Shown piece after piece: positions 39,068-48,369 of a DNA stretch of 64,000 bases (the stretch's first letter is position 1; each line of letters starts with the position of its first letter). Under the pieces are notes generated by a model that saw only the letters and a list, made by a program, of their open reading frames with translations, had not been told where the DNA came from and ran no database searches. Origin of the DNA: Candidatus Minusculum obligatum. Lineage in GTDB: Bacteria > Patescibacteriota > Minisyncoccia > Phycocordibacterales > Phycocordibacteraceae. A program made the position numbers and the translations under genes. The stretch covers positions 23,337 through 87,336 of the forward strand of contig DCYT01000002.1 in assembly GCA_002331145.1 (NCBI GenBank), given 5' to 3'.

Positions 39068-39101
39068 CTACTGAGTTAACTACGTAGTTAACTCAGTAGT
39101 T
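39066..39101. repeat. Second perfect 36-bp palindrome of three 12-bp units
   Basis: AACTACTGAGTT-AACTACGTAGTT-AACTCAGTAGTT, filling the gap between convergent genes. Confidence 0.9.
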
Positions 39102-39102
39102 G

Positions 39103-39678
39103 CTAAAGACCTAAAGTTTGCGTCACAGCCCCTCCATCTGATTTATCCCACTCTGAAGTATCGATTTTAATATCTCGAATCTCATTAAGGTCTTTCCACT
39201 TAATGATTCCGTTTTCTTTTGCATATTCAAAAATATCTTTTGTTACTTTCACGTCCTGAAGACAATACTCACGCACTTTGTCTACGAGTCCTTGCTGCCA
39301 CCATTCAATAGCCTTAAGTCCATCAGCACTTTTTCCTTCTCCAAGTGTTGCTTCAGCTAAGTTATTTAGACGAATACGTCGCCCAAGGGATTTATGTACA
39401 TCCTTTAGAAGATCAATGCTTTTAATATTTGTTAAATCACCAGGATAGTATTTGTTGAGGAGGGGAATATCGAACGTATCTGAGTTAAATCCAATAAGAG
39501 CATCAGTTGATTCAACTAGTGGCCAGAAGTTTATAAGCTCTTCTGCTGTGTAGCTTGTGTACTCGTCTGTTTTGCTGTTGTAGGCACCCAAAATGGCGAT
39601 ATCCAGTGTTGTTACCGTCTTCTCATTAATATACGGAAGAGTATCCGTTGTTTCGATATCGAATACTATGTAGTTCAT
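39103..39678 (-). CDS. DEDD-type 3'-5' exonuclease (RNase H-like, YprB-like)
   Basis: FDIET, GFN...FD and YC..DV motifs. Confidence 0.85.
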   Translation of the reverse strand: MNYIVFDIETTDTLPYINEKTVTTLDIAILGAYNSKTDEYTSYTAEELINFWPLVESTDALIGFNSDTFDIPLLNKYYPGDLTNIKSIDLLKDVHKSLGRRIRLNNLAEATLGEGKSADGLKAIEWWQQGLVDKVREYCLQDVKVTKDIFEYAKENGIIKWKDLNEIRDIKIDTSEWDKSDGGAVTQTLGL

Positions 39679-40937
39679 AGACTCTCGTTTATAAGGTCGA
39701 GAATGTTCTCTTTCTTTGTTTCAAGCTCATCTCCAGTTTCAATATTTTTTAGCGTAACCATAGAGCTCTTCGCTTCATCCTCTCCATAGACAATGACATG
39801 CGTAATATTTCGCTTTTCTGCATCTTTGATTTGGTCTCCAATTTTCTTTCCTGAAAGATTTACGAATACCGAAAGGCCTTGCTCTCGCAATTCGTTTGCA
39901 AATGCTTGTGCAGCAGGAATATTCTCCTCACTTGGTGTTGCAAGGTATATGTGTGAGCTGAAATCCACTTCAGGAAGTAGATCATGTGTCTCTAGGAAGT
40001 CCTGAAGCGTTACGTCTCCAAAAGCAAATCCTACAGCTGGAATCTCATCATTTGAGAATAGGGAAAGGAGATTATCATATCGTCCTCCTCCAAAGAGAGC
40101 TCGTGCATTTGATGGATCAGTATCAAAGAACTCAAAGATAACTCCTGTGTAGTAATCAAAACCACGAACAAGTGTTGGATCGTACACGACATTTTCAATT
40201 CCGCGCTCTTTGAGTGTTGCGATAAATGTTTCAAGCTTTTCTTTCTCTTCTTTAACTGAAGGGTCATCAGCACCATCAATACAAGCAAGTGGATCTTTTC
40301 CGTCTCCTACAAGTTCTTTTTGCTTTTCTTCAAACTCAGAAGCTTCCATCTTGTTCTTTCGATCAAGAAGTCGCATGTATGAAGCATGATCTTCATCCTT
40401 AAGAGCAGAAGCTTTACATGCTGCAGTTAGGAGTTTTCGTGAGTTAATTCGAATTGAAAATGTCTCATCTCCTGCACCAAATGCTCGAAGCACATCTCGT
40501 CCTACGCGGATAACTTCAAGATCAGCTTCTCCTTCTGGTGCTCCTACAAGATCAACATCTACTTGATAGAACTCTCGAAGACGTCCTTTCTGTGGTCGTT
40601 CATATCGGAAACGGTTTCCAATTGAATACCATCGAAGTGGGAAGGGAATCTCTCGCCGCTTTGCGGCTGCCATACGAGCCAAGGTAGGAGTCATCTCAGG
40701 ACGAAGGGTTACCTTTCGATCTCCACGATCGGTAAAAGTGTAGGTTTGCTCATTCACAATCTCTTCACTCGTTTTTGATTCATAGAGCTCAGCTCGCTCA
40801 AGAGGAGATGCGTCATACTCAGAGTATCCATACTTTGCTAGTACATCCTGCACAATTGCAAAAAGAGCCGTAAGACGGGCTTTGTCATCTGGATAGAAGT
40901 CTCGAACTCCTTTATATGGATCTGTGTCTAATTTCAT
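39675..40937 (-). CDS. hisS: Histidine--tRNA ligase
   Basis: LRPEMT, FRYERPQKGR.REF.Q, RGFDYYTG and GGGRYD motifs. Confidence 0.98.
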   Translation of the reverse strand: MKLDTDPYKGVRDFYPDDKARLTALFAIVQDVLAKYGYSEYDASPLERAELYESKTSEEIVNEQTYTFTDRGDRKVTLRPEMTPTLARMAAAKRREIPFPLRWYSIGNRFRYERPQKGRLREFYQVDVDLVGAPEGEADLEVIRVGRDVLRAFGAGDETFSIRINSRKLLTAACKASALKDEDHASYMRLLDRKNKMEASEFEEKQKELVGDGKDPLACIDGADDPSVKEEKEKLETFIATLKERGIENVVYDPTLVRGFDYYTGVIFEFFDTDPSNARALFGGGRYDNLLSLFSNDEIPAVGFAFGDVTLQDFLETHDLLPEVDFSSHIYLATPSEENIPAAQAFANELREQGLSVFVNLSGKKIGDQIKDAEKRNITHVIVYGEDEAKSSMVTLKNIETGDELETKKENILDLINESL

Positions 40938-40958
40938 ATCTTTCTATTCTACGATCTC

Positions 40959-41498
40959 TTATACATCATGCAAACTTCCAGGGCGTTTTTTAATCTCCTC
41001 CATAATAAGTCGCCTTATTTTTCGAGGATTTCCAACAGTTTTCATTATTAAATCATGCTTATGTCCCGCGGTTTCTATGTGCACGTCTCCAATATTAAAG
41101 AGGGTTGGGAAGAAGCCATGAATATCTGTCTGTACATCCTGAATGCGCTCAATACGGAAACTATTTACCTGTCGACTAAAGAATCCGCGCTGCACGATTC
41201 CAACGATCCTCTGATTGCTAATAATCCAAGTATCAAGATAGAAGTCAGTTATAAAGTGCATCATTCCAAGCCATAGCAAAAGGAAGAGAAGGCCTGCGCC
41301 AAGCGTTACGATATCTTCAGGAAATCCCGGGAAACTCACATATCCTAATGGCGTCCAAATATTTCCGTCTATAAATGCAGCTTGCACAAGAGAGGTTAGG
41401 TATCCTGCAAAGATAAATGGCAGAACACCAACCAAAAATACAAGAGAGTGTCGACGTATTGTCTTTCGGTGCTTTTCTCCGCTTCCAAGATTAAACAT
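40959..41498 (-). CDS. Membrane protein with bacterial PH domain (bPH_2-like)
   Basis: Two TMs, then W.I.N.RI...Q.G.F...IQDV...G.V.IETAG. Confidence 0.8.
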   Translation of the reverse strand: MFNLGSGEKHRKTIRRHSLVFLVGVLPFIFAGYLTSLVQAAFIDGNIWTPLGYVSFPGFPEDIVTLGAGLLFLLLWLGMMHFITDFYLDTWIISNQRIVGIVQRGFFSRQVNSFRIERIQDVQTDIHGFFPTLFNIGDVHIETAGHKHDLIMKTVGNPRKIRRLIMEEIKKRPGSLHDV

Positions 41499-41715
41499 AA
41501 GGCATTTTACTTACTATCATTCCAATAAGGAAAAGAGACACTCCATAGTAGGCAATGAGTACAAGAATCGAAATGACAATATTTCGTCCATATACAAGCC
41601 AATGGTAGGTAATAGAGAAAGAGAAAATAATCCAGAAGAGAGCAACAATTCCGGAAACGAGTGAGACGATAGGGAGATCTTGAATATATTGAAGCAATAC
41701 TGACAGATCAGTCAT
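41491..41715 (-). CDS. Small membrane protein
   Basis: Two TMs with YHW..YG; overlaps both neighbours. Confidence 0.7.
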   Translation of the reverse strand: MTDLSVLLQYIQDLPIVSLVSGIVALFWIIFSFSITYHWLVYGRNIVISILVLIAYYGVSLFLIGMIVSKMPYV

Positions 41716-42439
41716 GCTTATAGTGTGCCACGGTATACCGGGCTACGCCATACTGATCAGTGCGTGGAGAAACAGTAAATGAGGAAGGGAAGAGCTCCAT
41801 AATTTCATCACTTTGGGTGCTGTCATGCTCCAAGTAAAGTGCTCCGCCAGGATTGAGGTGATCTTTTAATTTTTCTACAAGCTCTCGAATAAAAATAAGG
41901 CCATCATCTCCTGCAAAGAGAGCAATGAGAGGTTCAAAATTTATAACTCCTTTAGGAAGATCGCGATTCTGTGGAACGTACGGAGGATTTGCAAGGATAA
42001 TATCGAATGAACCTTCGATATTTTTAAACACATCACTCTGAAGGATTTCTACTTCATTTGTAATGCCATTCTCTTTTATATTCTTTTCAATTGTTGCTAG
42101 GTGATTCTCATCAAGCTCTGCAAAGGTGATAGAGTCCTGCGGACGTGCTTTTGCCCAGGCAATGCCAAGTGCTCCTGATCCTGCAAAGATGTCCAGAACT
42201 TTCTTTGGAGATTCGTCAGTTTCTTTAAGCGCTTGCTCAAGCCAGAACTCGCTTTCAACTCGTGGGATAAGAGGCTTTGAATCAAGATGGATTGTTGTAT
42301 TTAAAAAAGGTGCGTTCCCAATGATATAGGCTAGAGGTTCGCCATTGTCTAGGCGCTCCTTATCTATCTGAAACTCAGTGGTAGCTTTCCCGTTATATTT
42401 TTCCTGAAGCAATTGTTGCTCCTCTCTCGTATCTATCAT
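41708..42439 (-). CDS. prmC: Release factor glutamine methyltransferase
   Basis: GEPLAYI.G, LIPR.E.E, LD.FAGSG and NPPY motifs. Confidence 0.92.
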   Translation of the reverse strand: MIDTREEQQLLQEKYNGKATTEFQIDKERLDNGEPLAYIIGNAPFLNTTIHLDSKPLIPRVESEFWLEQALKETDESPKKVLDIFAGSGALGIAWAKARPQDSITFAELDENHLATIEKNIKENGITNEVEILQSDVFKNIEGSFDIILANPPYVPQNRDLPKGVINFEPLIALFAGDDGLIFIRELVEKLKDHLNPGGALYLEHDSTQSDEIMELFPSSFTVSPRTDQYGVARYTVAHYKHD

Positions 42440-42549
42440 AAAAGTATGTGCACCATATAACCAAGAAGAATGAATCCAAGCAAGAGGAGAATGTAGGCAA
42501 GGTGTTGGTATGACATAGACGACTGTACTTTAAGAAGTATACTACGATC

Positions 42550-43242
42550 ATGTTTGGAGTTAGAAAGCGGGTCCTTGGTCTAGGACTTTTTCTTATTGCT
42601 ATGCTTGTTGTATGGTTTTTCCTCAAGGACGTAGTAACCCTTGAGGTATTGCAGGCAAAGCAAATGGAGCTAAAGGCATTTGTTGATACAAACTATTTTC
42701 TAGCACTCCTTATCTTCTCTGTTGTGTATGCGATCTCAGCGACAACCGCTTTCCCTCTAGGGGGTATTTTTGTACTTCTTGCAGGATTCCTCTTTGGCGT
42801 AATTGTGGGAACTGTAGTTACTGTGCTTGCTGCAACACTTGGAGGAGCTGCGCTTTTCCTTGTAACCAAGTATGGATTTAAAGAATGGGTAGAGAATCAC
42901 TATGGAAAGTACCTAGCACCCATTGAAAAGGAGTTAAGTGAGCATCCAGCCTCGTACATGCTTTTTTTGCGATTTATGCCGGTAGTTCCTTATGTTGTAA
43001 TTAATGTGGTGCCAGCTCTTGTAAATGTACGCTTCAGTACATTTTTATGGACAAGTATTATCGGTCTTTTGCCAGGAGCACTCATCTTTACGATAGCAGG
43101 GAAGGAGCTCTCCCGTATTGCTAGTACGGGTGATGTAATGACTCCATCATTTATCTTTGCACTCCTATTGCTTGGCGGGCTATCTCTTGTGCCGCTTGTA
43201 TATAGGAAATATCGTAAATATAAAGAACGCAACGTATCTTGA
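42550..43242 (+). CDS. TVP38/TMEM64 (DedA/VTT) family membrane protein
   Basis: G.LFG...G, LRF.P..PY..IN and F.WTS.IGL.PG motifs. Confidence 0.88.
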   Translation: MFGVRKRVLGLGLFLIAMLVVWFFLKDVVTLEVLQAKQMELKAFVDTNYFLALLIFSVVYAISATTAFPLGGIFVLLAGFLFGVIVGTVVTVLAATLGGAALFLVTKYGFKEWVENHYGKYLAPIEKELSEHPASYMLFLRFMPVVPYVVINVVPALVNVRFSTFLWTSIIGLLPGALIFTIAGKELSRIASTGDVMTPSFIFALLLLGGLSLVPLVYRKYRKYKERNVS

Positions 43243-43277
43243 CAAACTGTCAATAATAGTGCTATAATACGTTCGTT

Positions 43278-43538
43278 ATGAACGATAATCCAGCAGCACT
43301 TCGAGAGTGTCTTCAGGGAGATTGTAATAAGATCCTTCGAGAAACGCTTCATGCATTTGATGCAGAAGAGCAGCAGTCAAAGAATGTTTGTGATATTGAT
43401 GTCGATGCAGTGCTTGAGCGTCCGCTTACAAAGCTAAACTATGGACGAGTAGCAAAGCCAAAGACATCGTTTGTGATCCCACGAACTCCACAAGCTTCTG
43501 GCGCTCGAGGATTTATCAAAGATCTCCTTACGAAATAA
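43278..43538 (+). CDS. Hypothetical protein
   Basis: TTGACA-18-TATAAT directly upstream; host-like codon usage. Confidence 0.7.
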   Translation: MNDNPAALRECLQGDCNKILRETLHAFDAEEQQSKNVCDIDVDAVLERPLTKLNYGRVAKPKTSFVIPRTPQASGARGFIKDLLTK

Positions 43539-43585
43539 ACAATTTATTTATAGAAGAAAACGCATGCGCTTGATATACTTAGCGC

Positions 43586-44044
43586 ATGCGTTTTCATTTT
43601 TGGTATACAGTTTTTTCACTCTTCTTCTTTGTAGAGGCAGTTTTAGCGGTAATGCACTTAGGGTCACTGGGACTTATTCCTACGTGGATTCCTGTTTTTG
43701 ATTTTATTCTTCTTACACTTGCCACATTCAGGCTAACTCGACTGTTTGTATATGACAGTATTACAGCTTTCGTTCGGGGATGGTTCTACGGACAGCCTAA
43801 AAATAGTTTCCTAGGAACACTTAATACTCTTATTAACTGCCCATGGTGCACCGGTCTTTGGTTTGGTTTCCTTACCGCGTACTTCTATTTCCTAACACCA
43901 TACGCTTGGTTCTTCATTCTATTCCTTGCGGTTGCAGGACTCGGGACTATGGTTCAGATCTTCTGTAACTTGCTTGGTTGGAGCGCAGAAGCTGCAAAAC
44001 AGAAGGCAAGCAATGGGAATGGGCCACACGTTTGTGGAGGTTAA
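43586..44044 (+). CDS. DUF1360-like membrane protein
   Basis: LATFRLTRL..YD.IT...R and L..CPWC.G.W motifs. Confidence 0.85.
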   Translation: MRFHFWYTVFSLFFFVEAVLAVMHLGSLGLIPTWIPVFDFILLTLATFRLTRLFVYDSITAFVRGWFYGQPKNSFLGTLNTLINCPWCTGLWFGFLTAYFYFLTPYAWFFILFLAVAGLGTMVQIFCNLLGWSAEAAKQKASNGNGPHVCGG

Positions 44045-44046
44045 AT

Positions 44047-44078
44047 AAAAACAGTGGACAATATTGTCCACTGTTTTT
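44047..44078. terminator. Perfect palindrome / terminator
   Basis: AAAAACAGTGGACAATATTGTCCACTGTTTTT. Confidence 0.75.
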
Positions 44079-44087
44079 CTTATGTTA

Positions 44088-44107
44088 ATATGAATGTATG
44101 TTCATAT
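44088..44107. promoter_or_regulatory. ArsR/SmtB-type operator overlapping the start codon
   Basis: ATATGAA-n6-TTCATAT matches the SmtB/CzrA TGAA-n6-TTCA core. Confidence 0.75.
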
Positions 44108-44382
44108 CTTCAAACATCGAACAGTCAGCAGAGCTTCTAAAACTTTTAGGAGACACTACTCGATTGAAAATCCTTAATCTTCTTTTCTCTGAAGATCGAG
44201 ATATGTGTGTAAATGAAATTGCCTACGAAGTAGGAGCAAGTCAGTCAGCAACAAGTCATCAGCTTTCCAAATTAGAGGCACTTAATATAGTGTCTTGTTT
44301 TCGTGATGGTCAAAAGGTTTGTTATGAATTAACTGACAAGCCAATTGTCGATTCTATTAGAAATATTTTGAAAGTTGTATGA
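44098..44382 (+). CDS. ArsR/SmtB family transcriptional regulator
   Basis: LGD.TRLKIL, CVNEIA...SQSA.SHQL..L and R.G..V.Y motifs. Confidence 0.93.
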   Translation: MFISSNIEQSAELLKLLGDTTRLKILNLLFSEDRDMCVNEIAYEVGASQSATSHQLSKLEALNIVSCFRDGQKVCYELTDKPIVDSIRNILKVV

Positions 44383-45374
44383 GAAACCATGCTCAAATAG
44401 TCGCAATAGTAATTCTCTTTATTGTTGCAATACTTGGATACTTTTTATTTATACAAAATAGAGGTCCAGAGTTTACATTCGAGGAAAACCAAACTGATAC
44501 AATTATAGATACTCATACTATGGAAGAAATAAATACAACAGATGGAACAAAACATTCAATTCCACTTAATGAAATCCTCTCAGGAGGACCACCAAAAGAT
44601 GGAATTCCTTCAATTGACGATCCAAAATTTCTTTCAGCTGAGGATGCAGGTTTCCTTGCAGGAAGTGATGTAGGGCTTGGACTTTCAATTGGTGGAGAGG
44701 ATAGATTTTATCCATATCAGATTTTGGTATGGCATGAGATTGTAAACGATACTGTTGGAGATACTCCAGTGCTTGTAACGTACTGTCCTCTTTGCGCTAC
44801 AGGGATTGTATTTGAGCGGAAAGTAAAGGGAGAAGAACAGGAATTTGGAGTGTCAGGAAGGCTTTGGCAGAGCAATCTTCTTATGTATAACCGAGGAGAG
44901 GAAGAATCTCTGTGGTCTCAGGTGCTTGGGGAGGCTGTTGTGGGAGAGCATACAGGAGAGAAGCTTGCTGTGGTTCGCTCAAGTACCGTTAGGTGGGAGG
45001 ATTGGAAGCGTGAGCATCCGGATACAAAAGTGCTTTCAAAAGACACTGGTGCTGTGAGAGTATATGGACAGGACCCATATGGTGATTATTACACCAATGA
45101 GTCAGTATCTTTTGGTGCGTCATTTAGTGACACAAGACTTCATCCAAAAGCATTTGTGCTTGGAATAGAGGTGCAAAATCAATTTAAGGCATATCATAAG
45201 GATGCTCTTCCTGAAGGAGAGACAAAAGACTCCTTTGCAGGAGTGGAGGTGGTGATTAGTAAGAATAGTATCGGAGAGGTATCTATGAGCGTTGCAGGAG
45301 AAGAACTTCCATATGTTGGAGGATTCTGGTTTAGCTGGCTTGCAGTACACGAAGAAACGGAATTATATAAATAG
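44379..45374 (+). CDS. DUF3179-family protein (CPLC motif)
   Basis: GGPPKDGIP.ID.P.F, WHEIVND, VTYCPLC, FGVSG.L..SNL.MY and FWF.W motifs. Confidence 0.88.
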   Translation: MRNHAQIVAIVILFIVAILGYFLFIQNRGPEFTFEENQTDTIIDTHTMEEINTTDGTKHSIPLNEILSGGPPKDGIPSIDDPKFLSAEDAGFLAGSDVGLGLSIGGEDRFYPYQILVWHEIVNDTVGDTPVLVTYCPLCATGIVFERKVKGEEQEFGVSGRLWQSNLLMYNRGEEESLWSQVLGEAVVGEHTGEKLAVVRSSTVRWEDWKREHPDTKVLSKDTGAVRVYGQDPYGDYYTNESVSFGASFSDTRLHPKAFVLGIEVQNQFKAYHKDALPEGETKDSFAGVEVVISKNSIGEVSMSVAGEELPYVGGFWFSWLAVHEETELYK

Positions 45375-45375
45375 T

Positions 45376-46017
45376 ATGAATCAAGGAACAACAATAGCAG
45401 GAGCACTTATTGCAGGAGCAGTAATCTTTAGTAATGGAAATACACAAGTAGCAGGTGGAGGTAACGAGAATCAAAACCAAGAAGTAAATATCGCTGAAAT
45501 AACAGAGAGAGATCATCTTTTTGGAAATCCAAATGCGCCAATAAAGATTGTGGAGTATTCAGATTTTGAATGTCCTTTCTGTTCACGATTCCATCCAACT
45601 GTAGAGCAGGTAGTACAAGAGTTTGATGGAGAGGTTGCGTGGGTATATAGGCACTTCCCATTAAACATTCATGCAAATGCAGAACCTGCTGCAGAGGCAA
45701 GTGAGTGTGTAGCAGAGCTTGGAGGGAACGATGCTTTCTGGAGTTTTTCAGAAGAGCTGTTTAATAATCAGAGAGGTCTTGGAGAGTCTCTATATCTACA
45801 ACTTGCAGCAGCTGAAGGTGTGAGTGAGTCAGCAATGCAAAGTTGTCTTGATAGTGATCGACACCTAGCAAAGGTGCGAAGTGACATGCAGGACGCTATC
45901 AATGCAGGAGGTCGAGGAACACCATTCTCTGTTGTTATTGGAGAGAATGGAGATATGGTTCCATTCTCAGGAGCGCTTCCGTATGAGAGCGTAGTGAGCG
46001 TTATCAATTCTCTATGA
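45376..46017 (+). CDS. DsbA-family oxidoreductase
   Basis: YSDFECPFC, YRHFPL, GTP; start reassigned to ATG 45376. Confidence 0.9.
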   Translation: MNQGTTIAGALIAGAVIFSNGNTQVAGGGNENQNQEVNIAEITERDHLFGNPNAPIKIVEYSDFECPFCSRFHPTVEQVVQEFDGEVAWVYRHFPLNIHANAEPAAEASECVAELGGNDAFWSFSEELFNNQRGLGESLYLQLAAAEGVSESAMQSCLDSDRHLAKVRSDMQDAINAGGRGTPFSVVIGENGDMVPFSGALPYESVVSVINSL

Positions 46018-46517
46018 AAGTAACCCTAGGAATTGTCGTCGTTATCCTAATAGCTCTTGGAGCGATACTTTTCTTTGCGGGTAGTAGTGAGAATACAGTG
46101 CGTGCACAGGTGCCAGATTTGGCACTAATACAGCATGGAGGTGAAGAGGTTGCGTTAGCAGAGATTAAAGGATTTGCTGTGCTTAATAGTTGGGCAACAT
46201 GGTGTCCATTTTGTGTGCAGGAAGTTCCAGATTTTGTAGAGCTACAGAAAGAATTTGAAAACGTATCTGTGGTTCTTATAAATCGTAGTGAGGACGCTGC
46301 CAAAGCAGAAGCTTTCTTGGAGGGTAGAGGAGTGAATCTTTCAGATCTTATATTCCTTGAAGATCCTAAAGATTCCTTCTATAAGGGAATTGGAGGGTTC
46401 TCAATGCCTGAGACACTCTTTGTAAAAGATGGAGAAGTAATCTTCCATAAGAGAGGATTCATAAACTTGTCTGAAATGAGAGATTTAACCACTAGCTTAA
46501 TAAATGGAACACTATGA
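46014..46517 (+). CDS. TlpA/ResA-like thioredoxin
   Basis: TM anchor, WATWCPFC and MPET motifs. Confidence 0.9.
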   Translation: MKVTLGIVVVILIALGAILFFAGSSENTVRAQVPDLALIQHGGEEVALAEIKGFAVLNSWATWCPFCVQEVPDFVELQKEFENVSVVLINRSEDAAKAEAFLEGRGVNLSDLIFLEDPKDSFYKGIGGFSMPETLFVKDGEVIFHKRGFINLSEMRDLTTSLINGTL

Positions 46518-47284
46518 TTGAAGTAGAAATAGGATTCATCATCTCAGCATTCATTGCAGGCCTTGTTATGTTCTTGGCACCCTGCACGCTTCCCATTGTT
46601 CCTGCATACCTTGGGTTCATTAGTGGTGTATCTCTTAAAGATCTTGCAAAGCTTGAGGGAGAAGAGCGAAGGAGGGTTCAAAGAAAGATTTTCCTAAACG
46701 GCGTTGCATTCATTCTTGGATTCACACTCATCTTTGTGCTCTTTGGAACGCTCGCTGGGCTTTTGGGAGAAGCGCTGGCGCCGGTTCGAATATGGCTTGC
46801 TCGAATAGGCGGGGTACTTGTAATACTCTTTGGACTTTTCATGCTTGGAGTATTTGATCTTAAATTCCTGCAGACAGAGAAGAGACTAAAACTTCCTTCA
46901 TTTATGAAGATTGGGTCTCCAACAACTTCATTTGGTATAGGATCAGCATTTGCATTTGGGTGGACTCCTTGTGTTGGTCCAATTCTTGCAAGTATTCTTC
47001 TTCTTGCTTCAACTTCCTCAACAGCATTCCAGGGAGGATTCCTGCTCCTTATCTTTTCTCTAGGGCTTGCAGTACCGTTTCTTATTGTTGCTGCAGCAAC
47101 AAGCTATGCAAGCTCATTTATTGAGAGGGGAGGGAAATTCTTAAAGTATGTCTCTATTATCGGAGGAATATTCCTTCTAGGTCTTGGAACACTGCTCCTC
47201 ACAGACAATTTTGGTCTTCTTATCCAGTATGGGTATCAGTATTTTGATTTCCTAAACTATGAAGCGCTACTAGATTATCTGTAG
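46514..47284 (+). CDS. ccdA: CcdA/DsbD-beta membrane electron transporter
   Basis: FLAPCTLP..PAY and GWTPCVGPIL motifs. Confidence 0.92.
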   Translation: MIEVEIGFIISAFIAGLVMFLAPCTLPIVPAYLGFISGVSLKDLAKLEGEERRRVQRKIFLNGVAFILGFTLIFVLFGTLAGLLGEALAPVRIWLARIGGVLVILFGLFMLGVFDLKFLQTEKRLKLPSFMKIGSPTTSFGIGSAFAFGWTPCVGPILASILLLASTSSTAFQGGFLLLIFSLGLAVPFLIVAAATSYASSFIERGGKFLKYVSIIGGIFLLGLGTLLLTDNFGLLIQYGYQYFDFLNYEALLDYL

Positions 47285-47393
47285 AAGCTGAAATAGGGGA
47301 AATACACAATAACAGTACAAAAAACAATACAATGCAAGTATTCTAAAATGGCTCTACAAAGGGCCTTTTTTAGTATAAAAGAGGTCTAAACAC

Positions 47394-47423
47394 TTGACAA
47401 ATACTACATATATGTATTATAAT
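47394..47423 (+). promoter_or_regulatory. Sigma70 promoter
   Basis: TTGACA-18-TATAAT. Confidence 0.75.
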
Positions 47424-47468
47424 AGCGTCGCATTAATCTAATACGGTATATTAGTACCTTAATTCATT

Positions 47469-48029
47469 ATGATGCATCTTATTACTTCGATCGCTATTGC
47501 GAGTTTTTTATTTGGAGGAACGCCAGTTGCTCCAATCGCAGTAGACAATCTTAAGTCAGCTGAGGAAGGATACTTTCTCGCAGCGCACATTCCAAAAACA
47601 TATACGGTTAAGCTAACTGGATACAACGCTCTTGAGGCGCAAACTGATGAGGATCCATTTACGACTGCTAGTGGTCTATACTCTAATCCTGAGATTATTG
47701 TAGCCAAGAGTCGTGACATCGATCTTCCGTTTGGTACGGTTGTGAAAATTGATTCAAGCAATCGAGAGCTAACAGGAAGTTGTGGTGTAGAGGTGGTGTC
47801 TGAGCAGATTGGATACCGAGTGATCGGAGACGTAACACATGCACGTAAGTCGATGCAGATTGACGTTCTCCTAGATCATACAAAGCCTGTAGACCTAAAC
47901 GGTAAGTTACTAAACCCAAGTATTATTCTTGGAATCTGTGAAGGAGTACAGATTGAGGTTGTCGGAAAGATTGACCTTGATAAAGTCCCTTCAACGCAGA
48001 AAGAACTAGCCAAGCTGATTGAAGGTTAA
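47469..48029 (+). CDS. Secreted 3D-domain (MltA-like) protein
   Basis: TGYN....QTD.DPF.TASG, A.SRD..LPFGT.V and D......IDV motifs. Confidence 0.8.
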   Translation: MMHLITSIAIASFLFGGTPVAPIAVDNLKSAEEGYFLAAHIPKTYTVKLTGYNALEAQTDEDPFTTASGLYSNPEIIVAKSRDIDLPFGTVVKIDSSNRELTGSCGVEVVSEQIGYRVIGDVTHARKSMQIDVLLDHTKPVDLNGKLLNPSIILGICEGVQIEVVGKIDLDKVPSTQKELAKLIEG

Positions 48030-48036
48030 ATCAAAT

Positions 48037-48066
48037 AAAAAACACCCCCTTGCGGGGGTGTTTTTT
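48037..48066. terminator. Bidirectional terminator
   Basis: AAAAAACACCCCC-ttgc-GGGGGTGTTTTTT. Confidence 0.9.
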
Positions 48067-48069
48067 GAT

Positions 48070-48270
48070 TTATGCTCGAGCTACGTTTGTGGCGTTAGGT
48101 CCCTTAGGTCCGTCACTTACCTCAAATGTAACTGCGTCTCCTTCTCGAAGGTCGTTGAACTCTGTATCGTTAAGCTCGTTTGCGTGGAAGAAAAGATCCT
48201 TGTCTCCCTCATCCGGCTTAATGAATCCAAAACCTCGGTCAGTAACACGAGCGATTGTTCCTTTGTTCAT
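48070..48270 (-). CDS. Cold-shock domain protein
   Basis: RNP1 RGFGFI, RNP2 DLFFH and KGP.A.NV. Confidence 0.95.
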   Translation of the reverse strand: MNKGTIARVTDRGFGFIKPDEGDKDLFFHANELNDTEFNDLREGDAVTFEVSDGPKGPNATNVARA

Positions 48271-48369
48271 TTCTGCAAGAGAAATTATCTACTAACTCAA
48301 AACCTTGGTAGAAAAATTTCTCACCAGAATGCTTTGATTGGTGCACAGTAGTATGAAAGTCTCTGAATG

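Noticed and set aside
40938-40960. His-rich leader upstream of hisS analogous to the thrS leader
   Set aside because: Only 21 nt separate hisS from the upstream gene; no uORF is present.
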